In this document: one piece after another, positions 1 through 9,680 of the stretch
Layout: each line of letters opens with the position of its first letter
Position numbering within the stretch: position 1 is the stretch's first letter
Origin: Mycolicibacterium smegmatis
GTDB taxonomy: Bacteria; Actinomycetota; Actinomycetes; Mycobacteriales; Mycobacteriaceae
DNA length: 32,000 nt
Direction: 5' to 3'
Assembly (NCBI RefSeq): GCF_001457595.1
Contig: NZ_LN831039.1
Span: 6,630,001-6,662,000 of the forward strand
Translations under genes and position numbers: made by a program
The notes under the pieces: model-generated
Databases searched by the model: none
What the model was told of the DNA's origin: nothing
What the model saw: only the letters and a program-made list of their open reading frames with translations

Positions 1-117
1 AGCCAATTCGACCGTGACGCGCCACCCGGCCATCACGTGGTCGACGATCAGACCCGCGGCGTTGCCGACCACCTCGGCCACGTCATCTGCCACCACATGT
101 AGCCGGTAGATGGTCAT
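1..117 (-). CDS. Partial hypothetical protein, N-terminal part only (MTIYRLHVVADDVAEVVGNAAGLIVDHVMAGWRVTVELA...), running off the left edge
   Basis: Open minus-strand frame from ATG (CAT at 115-117) to the window edge, preceded by a GAGGGAGA purine-rich Shine-Dalgarno-like sequence. Confidence 0.6.
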   Translation of the reverse strand, partial: MTIYRLHVVADDVAEVVGNAAGLIVDHVMAGWRVTVELA

Positions 118-262
118 CGAGTTCTCCCTCGTCGGCGATTCACCGGATCACGCCCAAGCGGTGTTACGTCGCGTATGGACCGTTGACGAAGTCCACCAAG
201 AACGGGTCGAACACCAGCTGTGATGTGTCATATGACCTCCCGCCCAGGCTCCGGCGCCTAAC

Positions 263-279
263 TGTAATAGTTACAGTAG
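263..279. promoter_or_regulatory. Inverted repeat ACTGTAA-TAG-TTACAGT, possible operator
   Basis: Perfect 7-bp arms with a 3-nt spacer, in non-coding sequence about 146 bp upstream of the leftmost minus-strand start. Confidence 0.4.
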
Positions 280-355
280 GCAGGTTCAAGGGATTGACTT
301 CGGCCGCTTGCTCCCAGTACAGAGTCGGCGTGTCGGCTATCTCGGGTAAGCAGGC

Positions 356-1453
356 TCAACCGACTGCGGCGTCACACGCAGACGCCACTAGACCTGCAAC
401 CTTGATGGACGCATTCGCCAGGTGCTTATCCGCGGGGGCATAGGTAGTCAGAGCGAGTGCATAGGCCTGTCGGTATTGACTCGACAGGTCGGCGAAGTCG
501 CGAAAGATGGCGTTGTCACTTCGTTGACCCAACACCAAAAGCTGGTTTGCGAGGAGGTTCATCACCGGCGTCACCTGCTCGTTTATGCGCTTCTGCTCGG
601 GTGACCACTCAGTTCCCGGAATGTTGGGATCGGTTGCACGCCATTCTGCTGTATCAGCATCAAATGCTGTCAAAGTTGCGAGCCAATCACTGCACACAGG
701 ATTGGGCTGCTGAAGGAAGGTTGCTGGGTCGCTGACGTCGTCCACTGGTGCAATTTGAGAAGGCGCAGGCAGGTGTGGGACTAGCGGCCCCCGCGCAGCT
801 GCAGATCCGAACCCGATTGCAGCACAGATATTTCCAATGGCATCGGCAGCTGTGATAGCAACGCCGGCCAACGGATCATGCTTTCCCGTGTAGCCGGGAA
901 CACTATCCGCATAGGCGACTGAGTAGGCGATGAACTGCTCGTAAAGCTCACGCATGACACGGTGCGGCGTTAGTTTCACGAGCGGAGCCAACTTCTCCGA
1001 TGCTCGGCGCATTGCATTCGCCACATCCTCGTACTGCGCGCGCACTTCGGGTGTCCAGGCCGACGCCGGTACGGCCGGGTCTCTGTTTTCCCAGCCATTC
1101 CGGATCTCGCCCCACCACTCTGAAAAGACGGGGTGCTGAGCCATGCATGTGGGGTCTTCGGTGATGACAGAGACGGGACCGTCATCGTCCGCGCTCGCCA
1201 CGTCGTGGGGACCCACGTTCCTTGATATTTCCGACGCCGTGGTCGAACCGTTGCCTTCACGAGTGACGAAGATCGTTACGGCGACCGTTACGCCGATGAT
1301 TACGACTATCGCAAGCCCACCGAGCATCCACCTCCAAGCACCACCACCTTTTGGCGGCCGAGGCGACGGGTACGGTCCGGAGTTGCCAGCAGCCGGGTAC
1401 TGGAATGCACCATCACCAGTAGGCGGCTTGCCATGTGGAGGCGGCATAGTCAC
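356..1453 (-). CDS. Hypothetical membrane-anchored protein: Pro/Gly-rich cytoplasmic N-terminus, one TM helix, extracytoplasmic region with an internal duplication
   Basis: 365-aa ORF. Hydrophobic segment WMLGGLAIVVIIGVTVAVTIFV follows a PPPHGKPP...PRPPKGGG leader, as in many mycobacterial membrane proteins. Confidence 0.85.
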   Translation of the reverse strand: MTMPPPHGKPPTGDGAFQYPAAGNSGPYPSPRPPKGGGAWRWMLGGLAIVVIIGVTVAVTIFVTREGNGSTTASEISRNVGPHDVASADDDGPVSVITEDPTCMAQHPVFSEWWGEIRNGWENRDPAVPASAWTPEVRAQYEDVANAMRRASEKLAPLVKLTPHRVMRELYEQFIAYSVAYADSVPGYTGKHDPLAGVAITAADAIGNICAAIGFGSAAARGPLVPHLPAPSQIAPVDDVSDPATFLQQPNPVCSDWLATLTAFDADTAEWRATDPNIPGTEWSPEQKRINEQVTPVMNLLANQLLVLGQRSDNAIFRDFADLSSQYRQAYALALTTYAPADKHLANASIKVAGLVASACDAAVG

Positions 1454-1577
1454 CTAATCACCTCCCCCGAGTTCCGAGCCGTCAGCTGTCTGTTGGACCG
1501 ATTATCACAGCGGGCGCGTGCCCAACAGTGTTATCGCGTCGATATAATCGTCGCGCAGTTTGAACGTCCGGCTGCGC

Positions 1578-3308
1578 TCAGTGCGTGATCTGCCAGTCCG
1601 CGGCCTCGTGTTGCCGACGCCAGAACTCGTCGAACCGGCCACCGGCCGCGAGCAGACCGTCGATGGTGCCGTCCTCGACGATGCGCCCGCCGTCGAGGAA
1701 CAGCACCCGGTCGGCGTGCCGGATGCTCGCCAGGCGGTGCGCGACGATCACGCGCGTGCGGGGCCGCAGATCGGCGGTGAGTGCGTCGACCACGGCGGCC
1801 TCGTTCTCGGTGTCCAGAGCGCTGGTGGCCTCGTCGACGAGCAACACGGGCGCGGGTTTGACGAGCGCACGGGCGATGCTGACGCGTTGGCGCTCACCGC
1901 CGGACAGCGCGGCGCCGGCCTCGCCGACCTTCGACGCGTCACCTTTGGGCAGCCGCGCGGTGAGTTCGTCGACCCGCGCGAGCCGTACCGCAGCGGCCAG
2001 ACGGTCCTCGTCGGCACCCGGATCGCCCACCAGGATGTTGTCGCGGATGGACCCGTCGAACAGGTAGGGCTGCTGGAACACCACACTGGTTGCGGCCCTG
2101 CGCGACTCGTCGTCCAGGCTCGCGGCGTCCACGCCGTCGATCAGCACCCTGCCCTCGGTCGGCTGGTGCAGACCCGCGATGAGCGACAGGATCGTGCTCT
2201 TGCCGGATCCGGATGGACCGACGATCGCGGTGGTGCTTCCTGGTTCCAGCACGAAGCTCACGTCGTCGAGCACCGGGTGGTCGCCGTAGCCGAAGGTGAC
2301 ACAGTCGAATTCGATGCGTGGCGCAGACTTGGTGTCGGCAGGCGCGGCGTCGCCCGCGGTCAACGTGGGCGCGTCGAGCACGGCCCGGATACGCCCGAGG
2401 GTCCCGCGCGTGGATTCGATGGCAGGCGTCAGTTCGCTCAGCGACGTGAACGGTTCGAGGTAGCGCGCCACCACGACGATCATCGCGACGGCTTCCGGCA
2501 CGCTGAGTTCGCCACGCACGGTCAGCCACGTGGCCATGCCCGCGAGCAGGATCAGCGCGAGCTGGCTGGCGAGGCTGAACAGCAACTGGCCGGGGATCTG
2601 CATGGCGAGCAGTCGCACGCCGGCGCCGTGCTGGGCGCCCAGCGCGTCGCCCACCAGGCTGCGCGCGGGCTCGACGCGGCGTGCGGCACGCAGTGCCTGC
2701 TGGGTGCGCGCGAACTCGATGATCCGTTCGGTGAAGGCGCTGTTGGTCTCGTCGGCGACGGTATCGGCCTTGCGGCTCAACCGGTTCGACGCCCACATCG
2801 CACCCAGCAGCACCACGACACCGGCCAGGGCCGCCAGCCCCAGCGGTGGTGACACCGCGACCAGCGCCACGGCGATCGCCGCGGGCAGCAGCACGGCACC
2901 GATCAGCGGCGTGAGCAGGTTGACCACCAGGCCGACGAGTTCCGGCCCGGTCGAGGCGATGGCCTGGCGCGCCGTCGCGGTGTTCTCGGCCGTGAGCCAG
3001 TCCAGCCGGATGTCCGGCAACCGGTCGGCGACGTCGTGCTGTGTGTGGTCGAGCACCGCGAAGCCGAGGTTGAAGCCGAGCCGCGACGTCGTGGTATCGA
3101 CGATCCAGCCTGCCGCGGTGGCCGCGGTCAACCAGCCCAGCCACGGCCAGGCGTCCTGCGGGGTGTCGCCGAACAGCGCCGCGACCAGCGGTACGAGCAG
3201 CACCGTGCCGACCGCGCGGATCACCACCGACAGGACCGTCAGTACGGTGTACAGCCCCAACATGCCGCGCTTGTCGGCGGGGACGAGGGCGATGAGGGTG
3301 CGGATCAT
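1578..3308 (-). CDS. irtB: Siderophore (carboxymycobactin) ABC transporter, TM-ATPase half-transporter IrtB
   Basis: 576-aa ABC exporter-fold protein: Walker [10 protein letters not shown], signature LSGGERQR, Walker [14 protein letters not shown] overlap with the upstream irtA. Confidence 0.93.
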   Translation of the reverse strand: MIRTLIALVPADKRGMLGLYTVLTVLSVVIRAVGTVLLVPLVAALFGDTPQDAWPWLGWLTAATAAGWIVDTTTSRLGFNLGFAVLDHTQHDVADRLPDIRLDWLTAENTATARQAIASTGPELVGLVVNLLTPLIGAVLLPAAIAVALVAVSPPLGLAALAGVVVLLGAMWASNRLSRKADTVADETNSAFTERIIEFARTQQALRAARRVEPARSLVGDALGAQHGAGVRLLAMQIPGQLLFSLASQLALILLAGMATWLTVRGELSVPEAVAMIVVVARYLEPFTSLSELTPAIESTRGTLGRIRAVLDAPTLTAGDAAPADTKSAPRIEFDCVTFGYGDHPVLDDVSFVLEPGSTTAIVGPSGSGKSTILSLIAGLHQPTEGRVLIDGVDAASLDDESRRAATSVVFQQPYLFDGSIRDNILVGDPGADEDRLAAAVRLARVDELTARLPKGDASKVGEAGAALSGGERQRVSIARALVKPAPVLLVDEATSALDTENEAAVVDALTADLRPRTRVIVAHRLASIRHADRVLFLDGGRIVEDGTIDGLLAAGGRFDEFWRRQHEAADWQITH

Positions 3309-5896
3309 CGGACGGCCTCCCCCGTCGGGCCTGCAGCGGTGGCAAGGGCGGGTCGCTGTCCGGTTTCCCAGAGTTGGCGGTAGCGCCCGGCCGCGTCCAA
3401 AAGCCCCTCGTGCGTTCCGGTTTCGACGATGCGGCCGCCCTCGAGCACCACGATCTGATCGGCGTGCGTGATGGTGTGCAGGCGGTGTGCGATCACCAGC
3501 ACGGTGCGGTCTCTGGTCAACCGGTTGAGCGCCTGCTGCACCAGGTATTCCGATTCGGGGTCGGCGAACGCGGTGGCCTCGTCGAGGATCAGCACCGGGG
3601 TGTCGGCGAGGATCGCGCGTGCGATCGTGAGCCGTTGCTTCTCGCCGCCGGACAGGCTCGATGCCGCACCCAGCGGGGTGTCGTAGCCGTTGGGCAACCG
3701 CATGATCCGCTCGTGGATCTGCGCGTCACGCGCGGCGGCCTGGATCCGCTCGATGCTCGCGTCGGGTTCGGCCAGTGCGATGTTCTCGGCGACGGTTCCA
3801 CCCACCAGCTGGGTGTCCTGCAGCACGAAACCGACCTGGCGATAGAGCTCGTCGGCGGTGAGCGTGCGAATGTCCCTGCCGCCCACGCGGATCGCACCGG
3901 CGTCGACGTCGTGCCACCGGGCCAGCAGGGCCGCCAGCGTCGACTTGCCCGAACCCGACGGACCCACCAGTGCGGTCACGGTGCCCGGCTTGAGCTGCAG
4001 CGAGATGTCGTGCAGCACCGGGACGTCCGGGCGGTACCCGAAGGTGACGTTGTCGAACACGACGGTCGGTTCACCGTCGTGTTTCTCGGTCTGTTCACGT
4101 ACGTCGAGTTCGGTCTCGTCGAGCGTGGTCTGGATACGCCGTGCCGCGAGCATGCCGCCGCGGATCCCACCGAGGCCGTACGCGATGCCGAGCAGGCGCA
4201 CGCCGAACGTGGTGCCCAGCAACAGGAACGGCAGGATGTCCACTGGATCCATGGCGCCCGAGGTGATCATCGGGGTGCCCACCGCGACGATCAGCCACAG
4301 GAAGGTTCCCGGACGCGTGACCAGGTCCATCATCGACTTCTTGCCCGTGAACGGCTTCTGCCAGGCGACCAGGAACCCGATGTACTCGTCGAGTCGGCGA
4401 CGGAAGCTCGAGGCCGCGGCACCACCGAATACGCGCACCACGGGCTGACCTTCGAGGTAGGCCCCGGCCTCAGCGCTCATCCGCTCGGCCCAGCGCTGTG
4501 ACTGCGCGATCTTGGGCCCGGACTGAATCGTCATGACCGTCATCAGCACCAGGTAGATCAGCACCGGGACGAACATCACGAACGCCAACCGCCAGTCGAC
4601 CACGAACAGGTAGACGAGCACCGCGACCGGGGCGATGACCGCGGCGACCGCGTCCGGGATCGCATGCGTGATCAGGTAGTGCAGTGACAGCGTGTCGTCC
4701 TGGACGAGCTGTTTGATCGAGCCCGAGCCACGAGCGGTGAACCAGCCCAACGGAAGCCGCGACATCTTCGTCAGCAGACCGGTTCGCAGGTCACGTGCGA
4801 ACCGCGCGTCGACGAGGTGCAGCCACAGCGTCAGCGCGGCGGCCAGGAAGCTGCCGGTTCCCAGCAGCGAGATCGCGACCACGCCGAGGGTCCACAGGCG
4901 GTCCGACGGGGCCCCCGACAGGAGCAGCCTTGCCAGTTCCACCAGCAGGACGAACGGTGCGAGCTGGACGAGGGTGATGATCGCCTGCAGGACACCGGAG
5001 ATGATGAGTGTGGTCTTCAGCGGGGCCAGCAGTCGCCCCGCGGCCTGCGCGCGCCAGTTGCCGCGCCTGGCCGCGGCGGGCGTCGCGGTCTCTGACGTTC
5101 CGGTCGCGTCGGCTCCGGGCGCGGGCGTCACCTCGGGTGACTTGTCGTCGTCGCCGCGCTTGGTGCCCATCGCACGGCCTTCGGTCCAGTAGGCCTGCGG
5201 GTGCAGTTCGGTCTTGGGGAACCCGAATTCGTCGCGCAGGCGGGTGCGCAGATGCTTGAGTGAGCCGGCCTCCGGGGTCACCCAGCAGTACCAGTTGGAC
5301 CAGTCGCGCGCCTCGATGGCGCCGGCCAGCGACGTGGCGTCCTCGCGCACCACCCAGTGCACACGCATCCGGGGGTGCTCGGCGATGGGGATGAGCCGGT
5401 CGTTCTCGTCGTGCTCTTCGAGGTACACCTCGATCGGGATGTCGTGCGGGACGACACCGATGATGCCGTTGATGGCGGGTGTGGCCGCGGCGTCGCCGAT
5501 CAGCAGATACCCCGCGGGCGGGTCCTCGGGGACGCTGAAGCCGGCCGATCCCAGCGTCATCACCGCGACGGTGTCGCCGGGCTCGGCCGATCTGGCCCAC
5601 TGCGATGCCGGACCGGCGGGTTCGTGCAGCACCACGTCGATCGCGAATTCGCCGGTCTCGGGCGACATCTCGGACATCGTGTAGGCGCGCTGGAATTCGG
5701 TCTCGGACCCGGCCGGGTCGGGGAACCAGAACCGCAGCCAGGAGGTCGGTTCGGCCACCGCGTCTTCGAACAACGTCGGCGAAACCATCCTCAGCCGTAT
5801 GAGATTCGGCGTGATCGCCTCGGTGCTCACCACCGTCGCCTGGTGATCACGCGCACCGAAGCCACGCATCATCACGCCCTGGATTCCGCGCGCCAT
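3305..5896 (-). CDS. irtA: Siderophore ABC transporter with N-terminal SIP/FAD-binding reductase domain, IrtA
   Basis: 863-aa protein. N-terminal siderophore-interacting domain ([32 protein letters not shown]..., [16 protein letters not shown]) fused to ABC TM and NBD ([17 protein letters not shown]). Immediately followed by irtB. Confidence 0.95.
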   Translation of the reverse strand: MARGIQGVMMRGFGARDHQATVVSTEAITPNLIRLRMVSPTLFEDAVAEPTSWLRFWFPDPAGSETEFQRAYTMSEMSPETGEFAIDVVLHEPAGPASQWARSAEPGDTVAVMTLGSAGFSVPEDPPAGYLLIGDAAATPAINGIIGVVPHDIPIEVYLEEHDENDRLIPIAEHPRMRVHWVVREDATSLAGAIEARDWSNWYCWVTPEAGSLKHLRTRLRDEFGFPKTELHPQAYWTEGRAMGTKRGDDDKSPEVTPAPGADATGTSETATPAAARRGNWRAQAAGRLLAPLKTTLIISGVLQAIITLVQLAPFVLLVELARLLLSGAPSDRLWTLGVVAISLLGTGSFLAAALTLWLHLVDARFARDLRTGLLTKMSRLPLGWFTARGSGSIKQLVQDDTLSLHYLITHAIPDAVAAVIAPVAVLVYLFVVDWRLAFVMFVPVLIYLVLMTVMTIQSGPKIAQSQRWAERMSAEAGAYLEGQPVVRVFGGAAASSFRRRLDEYIGFLVAWQKPFTGKKSMMDLVTRPGTFLWLIVAVGTPMITSGAMDPVDILPFLLLGTTFGVRLLGIAYGLGGIRGGMLAARRIQTTLDETELDVREQTEKHDGEPTVVFDNVTFGYRPDVPVLHDISLQLKPGTVTALVGPSGSGKSTLAALLARWHDVDAGAIRVGGRDIRTLTADELYRQVGFVLQDTQLVGGTVAENIALAEPDASIERIQAAARDAQIHERIMRLPNGYDTPLGAASSLSGGEKQRLTIARAILADTPVLILDEATAFADPESEYLVQQALNRLTRDRTVLVIAHRLHTITHADQIVVLEGGRIVETGTHEGLLDAAGRYRQLWETGQRPALATAAGPTGEAVR

Positions 5897-6609
5897 CAGC
5901 GGTCCTCTCCCGTATTCGTCAGTTCTGCCACGATGTCGCCGATCGACCGGCCGGCGTGCGCTGCGGTCAGCAGCCCCCGGATCACGGCGTTGAGTAGGAG
6001 CTCGAGGTACTTCTCGGCCGAGAGTTGCATGCCTGCGCTGTGCACCGGCCCCAGCTCGGCGTCGGCGGCCAGCCTTTGTGCGGCCGCGTCACGCTCGCGG
6101 TCGTAACCCTCGTCGGAGTGGCTCGCCTCGGCCTTCATCTCATGCTGGGCGGCCATGCCGATCGCGATGAGGGCGACCGAACTGCTGAGCAACGCCGCGG
6201 CCTCGGCCGTATAGCCACGCCGCCCGAGGATCGAGACCTCATCGGACAGCAGGCGGGCGCCGGCCTCGCCGCGCGGGAAGAGCAGTTGCATGTAACGGGC
6301 GAGCCCCGGATTCTGCAGCGCGAAGCCGTGCAGCGTCGTACCGAACGCCAGCAGGTGCTCCTCGATGGTGTCCCCGGTGTCCGTCAGTTCGAGGTCGGCG
6401 AGCAAGCTCTCCCCCACCAGGCGCTCGAGTTCCCAGCGCCCACCGATGTGCCGGTAGAGCGCGGTGGCCGATACCCCGAGCCGTGTGGCCACCGCGTTGA
6501 TGCTCAGACGGTTCATGCCCAGCTCACGACCGGCGGACACGATGTCAGCGACGGTGATGAGCGGGGGCCGCCCACCGACCCGCGTTGCCGCGTCCTGCAC
6601 TGCCATCAC
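5896..6609 (-). CDS. TetR/AcrR family regulator, first gene of the irtAB operon
   Basis: HTH region [49 protein letters not shown]; stop codon overlaps the irtA start. Start may be Met2 (6606). Confidence 0.88.
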   Translation of the reverse strand: MMAVQDAATRVGGRPPLITVADIVSAGRELGMNRLSINAVATRLGVSATALYRHIGGRWELERLVGESLLADLELTDTGDTIEEHLLAFGTTLHGFALQNPGLARYMQLLFPRGEAGARLLSDEVSILGRRGYTAEAAALLSSSVALIAIGMAAQHEMKAEASHSDEGYDRERDAAAQRLAADAELGPVHSAGMQLSAEKYLELLLNAVIRGLLTAAHAGRSIGDIVAELTNTGEDR

Positions 6610-6676
6610 CGCCTTCGAGGAAAGTTACCCCCACAAACTAAGGGTGGCCTTACTACTAGTCAACACGCACCTGGTT

Positions 6677-6694
6677 ACAGAGCATCTGCTCTGT
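6677..6694. promoter_or_regulatory. Perfect inverted repeat ACAGAGCA-TC-TGCTCTGT, candidate TetR operator
   Basis: 8-bp perfect arms, extendable to GTTACAGAGCA/TGCTCTGTTAC with one mismatched pair. Between two divergent TetR genes and 12 bp upstream of the plus-strand start. Confidence 0.65.
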
Positions 6695-6706
6695 TACGGT
6701 GATGTC

Positions 6707-7321
6707 ATGCCACGCCCGCGCATCCATGACCCGGAGGCGATCCTGGACGTGGCAGAGTCACTGGCAGTCCGCTCCGGCCCCGCCGCGGTCACCATCCGAG
6801 CTGTCGGCGACGCGGTCGGGGTGTCCAATGGGGCGCTCTACCACGAGTTCGGGTCACGGTCGGGTCTGCTGACCCGCGCGTGGTTGCGTGCCGCACACCG
6901 CCTGCAGACCGTGCTCTCCGAACTCGTCGAGGCTGCCGAACCGGGCGCCGCGGCGATCGCCGCGGCCGCCGAGGCGTCGATCATGCTGGCCGAACGCCAC
7001 CCGTCGTCGGCGGCCCTGGTGCTGCAGACGCGCCGTGACGAACTGATCGGCGCCGACCCGCCCGCCGAGGTGAAGGACACCGAAAACCGATTGGTCGACT
7101 TGATGATCCAGCTCGCCGACGACGCCTGGGGGCGGCGCGACGGCGCCGCTGTCGACACCGTCACCACGTGCATCGTCGACCTGCCCACAGTAATTCTTCT
7201 GCACCGCAACCGGATTGCCGATCCCACCGCGCGCCGCCAGCTGCGGGCCGCGGTTGCGGCCGTCCTCGAGGTGGGGCCTGCGCCCCGAACACAACGACAC
7301 CGAGCACAGGAGGCATCATGA
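6707..7321 (+). CDS. TetR family regulator
   Basis: MPRPRIHDPEAILDVAESLAVRSGPAAVTIRAVGDAVGVSNGALYHEFGSRSGLLTRAW. Start taken at ATG 6707; the 6464 start in the ORF track crosses the divergent gene and promoter. Confidence 0.88.
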   Translation: MPRPRIHDPEAILDVAESLAVRSGPAAVTIRAVGDAVGVSNGALYHEFGSRSGLLTRAWLRAAHRLQTVLSELVEAAEPGAAAIAAAAEASIMLAERHPSSAALVLQTRRDELIGADPPAEVKDTENRLVDLMIQLADDAWGRRDGAAVDTVTTCIVDLPTVILLHRNRIADPTARRQLRAAVAAVLEVGPAPRTQRHRAQEAS

Positions 7322-7974
7322 CAGCGACCCTCGACTACGACGGCGACATCGCGGTCCTCGATCTGGGTGACGACGAGAACCGGTTCACGCCGCAGTTTCT
7401 CGACGAGGTCGACGCCCTTCTCGACGCCGTGCTCGAGAAAGGTGCACACGGTCTGGTCACCACTGCCGACAGCAAGTTCTACTCCAACGGCCTTGACCTC
7501 GAATGGCTTGGCGCCCACAGCGATCAGGGCGCATGGTACGTCGGCCGCGTGCAGGGCCTGCTGGCCCGGATGCTGACCTTCCCGCTCCCCACCGCCGCGG
7601 CCGTCGTCGGGCACGCCTTCGGCGCCGGGGCGATGCTGGCGATGGCGCACGACTACCGCGTGATGCGCGAGGATCGAGGGTTCTTCTGTTTCCCCGAGGT
7701 CGACATCCACATCCCGTTCACGCCGGGAATGGCGGCGCTGATCCAGGCCAAACTGACACCGCAGGCCGCGATCGCGTCGATGACCACGGGTCGCCGGTTC
7801 GGGGGTGCCGAGGCATATCAGCACGGGATCGTCGACGCCACAGCACATGAGGGCGCGGTGACGACGGCCGCGACGTCGCTGCTCCGCCCCCTCGGCAGCA
7901 AGGATCAGGGCACGCTCGGCGCGATCAAGCAGGTGATGTTCGGCGCGGCCGCAGCGGCGCTGCGCAATCCCTAG
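7318..7974 (+). CDS. Enoyl-CoA hydratase/isomerase family protein
   Basis: Crotonase-like sequence (KGAHGLVTTADSKFYSNGLDL, VVGHAFGAGAMLAMAHDYRVMREDRGFFCFPEV). AGGAGG Shine-Dalgarno; ATGA overlap with the TetR gene. Confidence 0.88.
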   Translation: MTATLDYDGDIAVLDLGDDENRFTPQFLDEVDALLDAVLEKGAHGLVTTADSKFYSNGLDLEWLGAHSDQGAWYVGRVQGLLARMLTFPLPTAAAVVGHAFGAGAMLAMAHDYRVMREDRGFFCFPEVDIHIPFTPGMAALIQAKLTPQAAIASMTTGRRFGGAEAYQHGIVDATAHEGAVTTAATSLLRPLGSKDQGTLGAIKQVMFGAAAAALRNP

Positions 7975-8873
7975 TAAGGGATCGTCGTGCCGGTCTCGCG
8001 CTCGGCGAAATCCACCACCGCCGCCGCGGTCTCGTAATCGCACGCCACAGCTGAGCGGCCGATGAGCACCGGTGCGCCACGCAACCCCAGCCTGCCCTCG
8101 ACACCGACATAGGAGCCGGGCGGGATGGGTTCGCTGATGCAGTACAGGGTGGGCGCGGCACCCTCGTCGATGCTGGCCGCGAACTTGTCGGCGACGGCAG
8201 TGACCCCGCGCTGGACCACCGACATCAGCCGCGTATCCGACACATTGGGCAGGTTCGACGCGACCCACCCGGGATGCGTGAGATGCGTGACCACCGGCGA
8301 ACGCGCGACGCGTTGCCGCCTGTCCAGTTCCAGGCCCCACAGCATCACCGCGAGCTTGGCTCGGCCGTAGGCGCCCAGCGGTGTCCACCTGTGACGACGC
8401 AGATGCATGTCGTCGAGGCGCAGCGTGGCCATCCGGTGGGCATCGGAACCGACGATGACCACCTGCGAACGGACGCGGCCGTGAAGCAGATTCGTCAACG
8501 CGAACGGGCCGAGCAGGTTGGTGCCCAGCGTCGTCTCGAACCCGTCCACGGTCTCGGTACGACGCTGCGTCAACGCTCCCGCGTTGTTGATCAGGATGTC
8601 GACGTCGTCGATGCCCGCCGCGGTCAGCCGCCCCGGAAACGCACGCACCGACGACAAGTCGGCGAGGTCGACCTCGACCACGGTGGTCGTGCCGCCGACC
8701 TCAGCGGCACGTCGCGCACCGAGGTCGGTGTTGCGTACCGCGAGGATCACATGCGCACCGGCACGTACGAGTGCGCGCGTGGTACCCAGCCCGACGCCGT
8801 TGGTCGCGCCGGTCACGATGATGCGTTTGTCGCTGAGATCTCCCAGCCGGTCGGGCGACCATGTGCTCGTCAC
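7971..8873 (-). CDS. Short-chain dehydrogenase/reductase family protein
   Basis: TGATNGVGLGTTRALVRAG cofactor motif, NNAG, and YGRAKLA active site. Confidence 0.9.
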   Translation of the reverse strand: MTSTWSPDRLGDLSDKRIIVTGATNGVGLGTTRALVRAGAHVILAVRNTDLGARRAAEVGGTTTVVEVDLADLSSVRAFPGRLTAAGIDDVDILINNAGALTQRRTETVDGFETTLGTNLLGPFALTNLLHGRVRSQVVIVGSDAHRMATLRLDDMHLRRHRWTPLGAYGRAKLAVMLWGLELDRRQRVARSPVVTHLTHPGWVASNLPNVSDTRLMSVVQRGVTAVADKFAASIDEGAAPTLYCISEPIPPGSYVGVEGRLGLRGAPVLIGRSAVACDYETAAAVVDFAERETGTTIPY

Positions 8874-8882
8874 CCGATGAGG

Positions 8883-9188
8883 TTAACCACCCCAGCCGCG
8901 CTGACCGTCCCAACCGCCGCAGATTCCGTTGATGCAGCCGTGGCCCCAGCCGCCCTGCACGGGATTCCAGCCGCCGCAACCGTTCCAGCCGGGGCCGCTG
9001 TCGCAGCCGCCGCCACCACCGGCGTCACCGTGGCCGGACGGCGTCGCGAGAATCACCTGGTTGGTGCCGGTCAGGTCGGTGAGCGTCGACGGCGCATCAG
9101 CGAGAAGCGCTGCTGTGGGGCCGGCCGCGATCGCCGCCGCGGCCCCCGCTACGAAGACTGACCCCACAAGTTTCCGCATCGTTAGCAT
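8883..9188 (-). CDS. Small secreted Gly/Trp/Cys-rich protein
   Basis: MLTMRKLVGSVFVAGAAAAIAAGPTAALLADA signal-peptide-like N-terminus, then GGGGGCDSGPGWNGCGGWNPVQGGWGHGCINGICGGWDGQRGWGG. The second Met (9179) is also a good start. Confidence 0.6.
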   Translation of the reverse strand: MLTMRKLVGSVFVAGAAAAIAAGPTAALLADAPSTLTDLTGTNQVILATPSGHGDAGGGGGCDSGPGWNGCGGWNPVQGGWGHGCINGICGGWDGQRGWGG

Positions 9189-9255
9189 GCCTCCATACTC
9201 CCCCGATTCCGAAGGCATGCCAAGGACAATGTGTCAGATCACGCCACTTCTGGAG

Positions 9256-9678
9256 TCATGCGGCGGTGTACCGCAACATCGTGGCGGCCTCACCGGGTCT
9301 GGCGTCGGGACGGTCGCAGAACACGGGTTTCACGCGCATTCCGACACGTAGATCGTGCGCTGCCATGTCGACCATCTCGGTCGAAAAGCGCGGTCCCTCA
9401 TCCCATTGCACGATCGCCAGCAACTGCGGCACCGCATCGGCAAAATGCGGCCCCACGGGTCGGCGCGCCACAGTGTACGAGTACAACGTGCCCATACCGG
9501 AGATCTCGCGCCATTCCAGATCGTCGGCCAGTGTCCGCGGGGCAAGGACCCTGGGATAGAAGACGTACTCACCCGACGACGGCGAGTACTGGATCACGAT
9601 GCGGTGCTCGGCGAGGGCATCCCAGAACGGTGTCGTGGTCGCGGTTTTCACCGGTACCGGGCGATCGAGACCGGTCAT
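9256..9678 (-). CDS. Zn-ribbon/OB-fold protein (DUF35-like), thiolase partner
   Basis: PFWDALAEHRIVIQYSPSSGEYVFYPRVLAPRTLAD..WREISGMGTLYSYTVARR; the stop-to-start spacing to the thiolase gene is about 2 nt. Confidence 0.85.
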   Translation of the reverse strand: MTGLDRPVPVKTATTTPFWDALAEHRIVIQYSPSSGEYVFYPRVLAPRTLADDLEWREISGMGTLYSYTVARRPVGPHFADAVPQLLAIVQWDEGPRFSTEMVDMAAHDLRVGMRVKPVFCDRPDARPGEAATMLRYTAA

Positions 9679-9680
9679 GG

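Noticed and set aside
183-443. 86-aa plus-strand ORF at the left edge
   Set aside because: No RBS evidence or domain; it contains the 263-279 palindrome and overlaps the end of the minus-strand membrane-protein gene. Left uncalled.
1470-1560. Partial repeats (CGATTAT...ATAATCG, GGGC-GCGT-GCCC) between irtB and the duplicated-domain gene
   Set aside because: Arms are short and widely spaced; no convincing terminator or operator.
1560-2852. 430-aa plus-strand ORF ([15 protein letters not shown]...)
   Set aside because: Fully antisense to irtB, with no recognisable domain; a typical long shadow ORF of high-GC sequence.
3374-4501. 375-aa plus-strand ORF over irtA
   Set aside because: Antisense shadow of a well-supported ABC transporter; low-complexity composition ([10 protein letters not shown]...).
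6838-8388. 516-aa minus-strand ORF
   Set aside because: Antisense to the TetR and enoyl-CoA hydratase genes, which have strong domain and RBS support.
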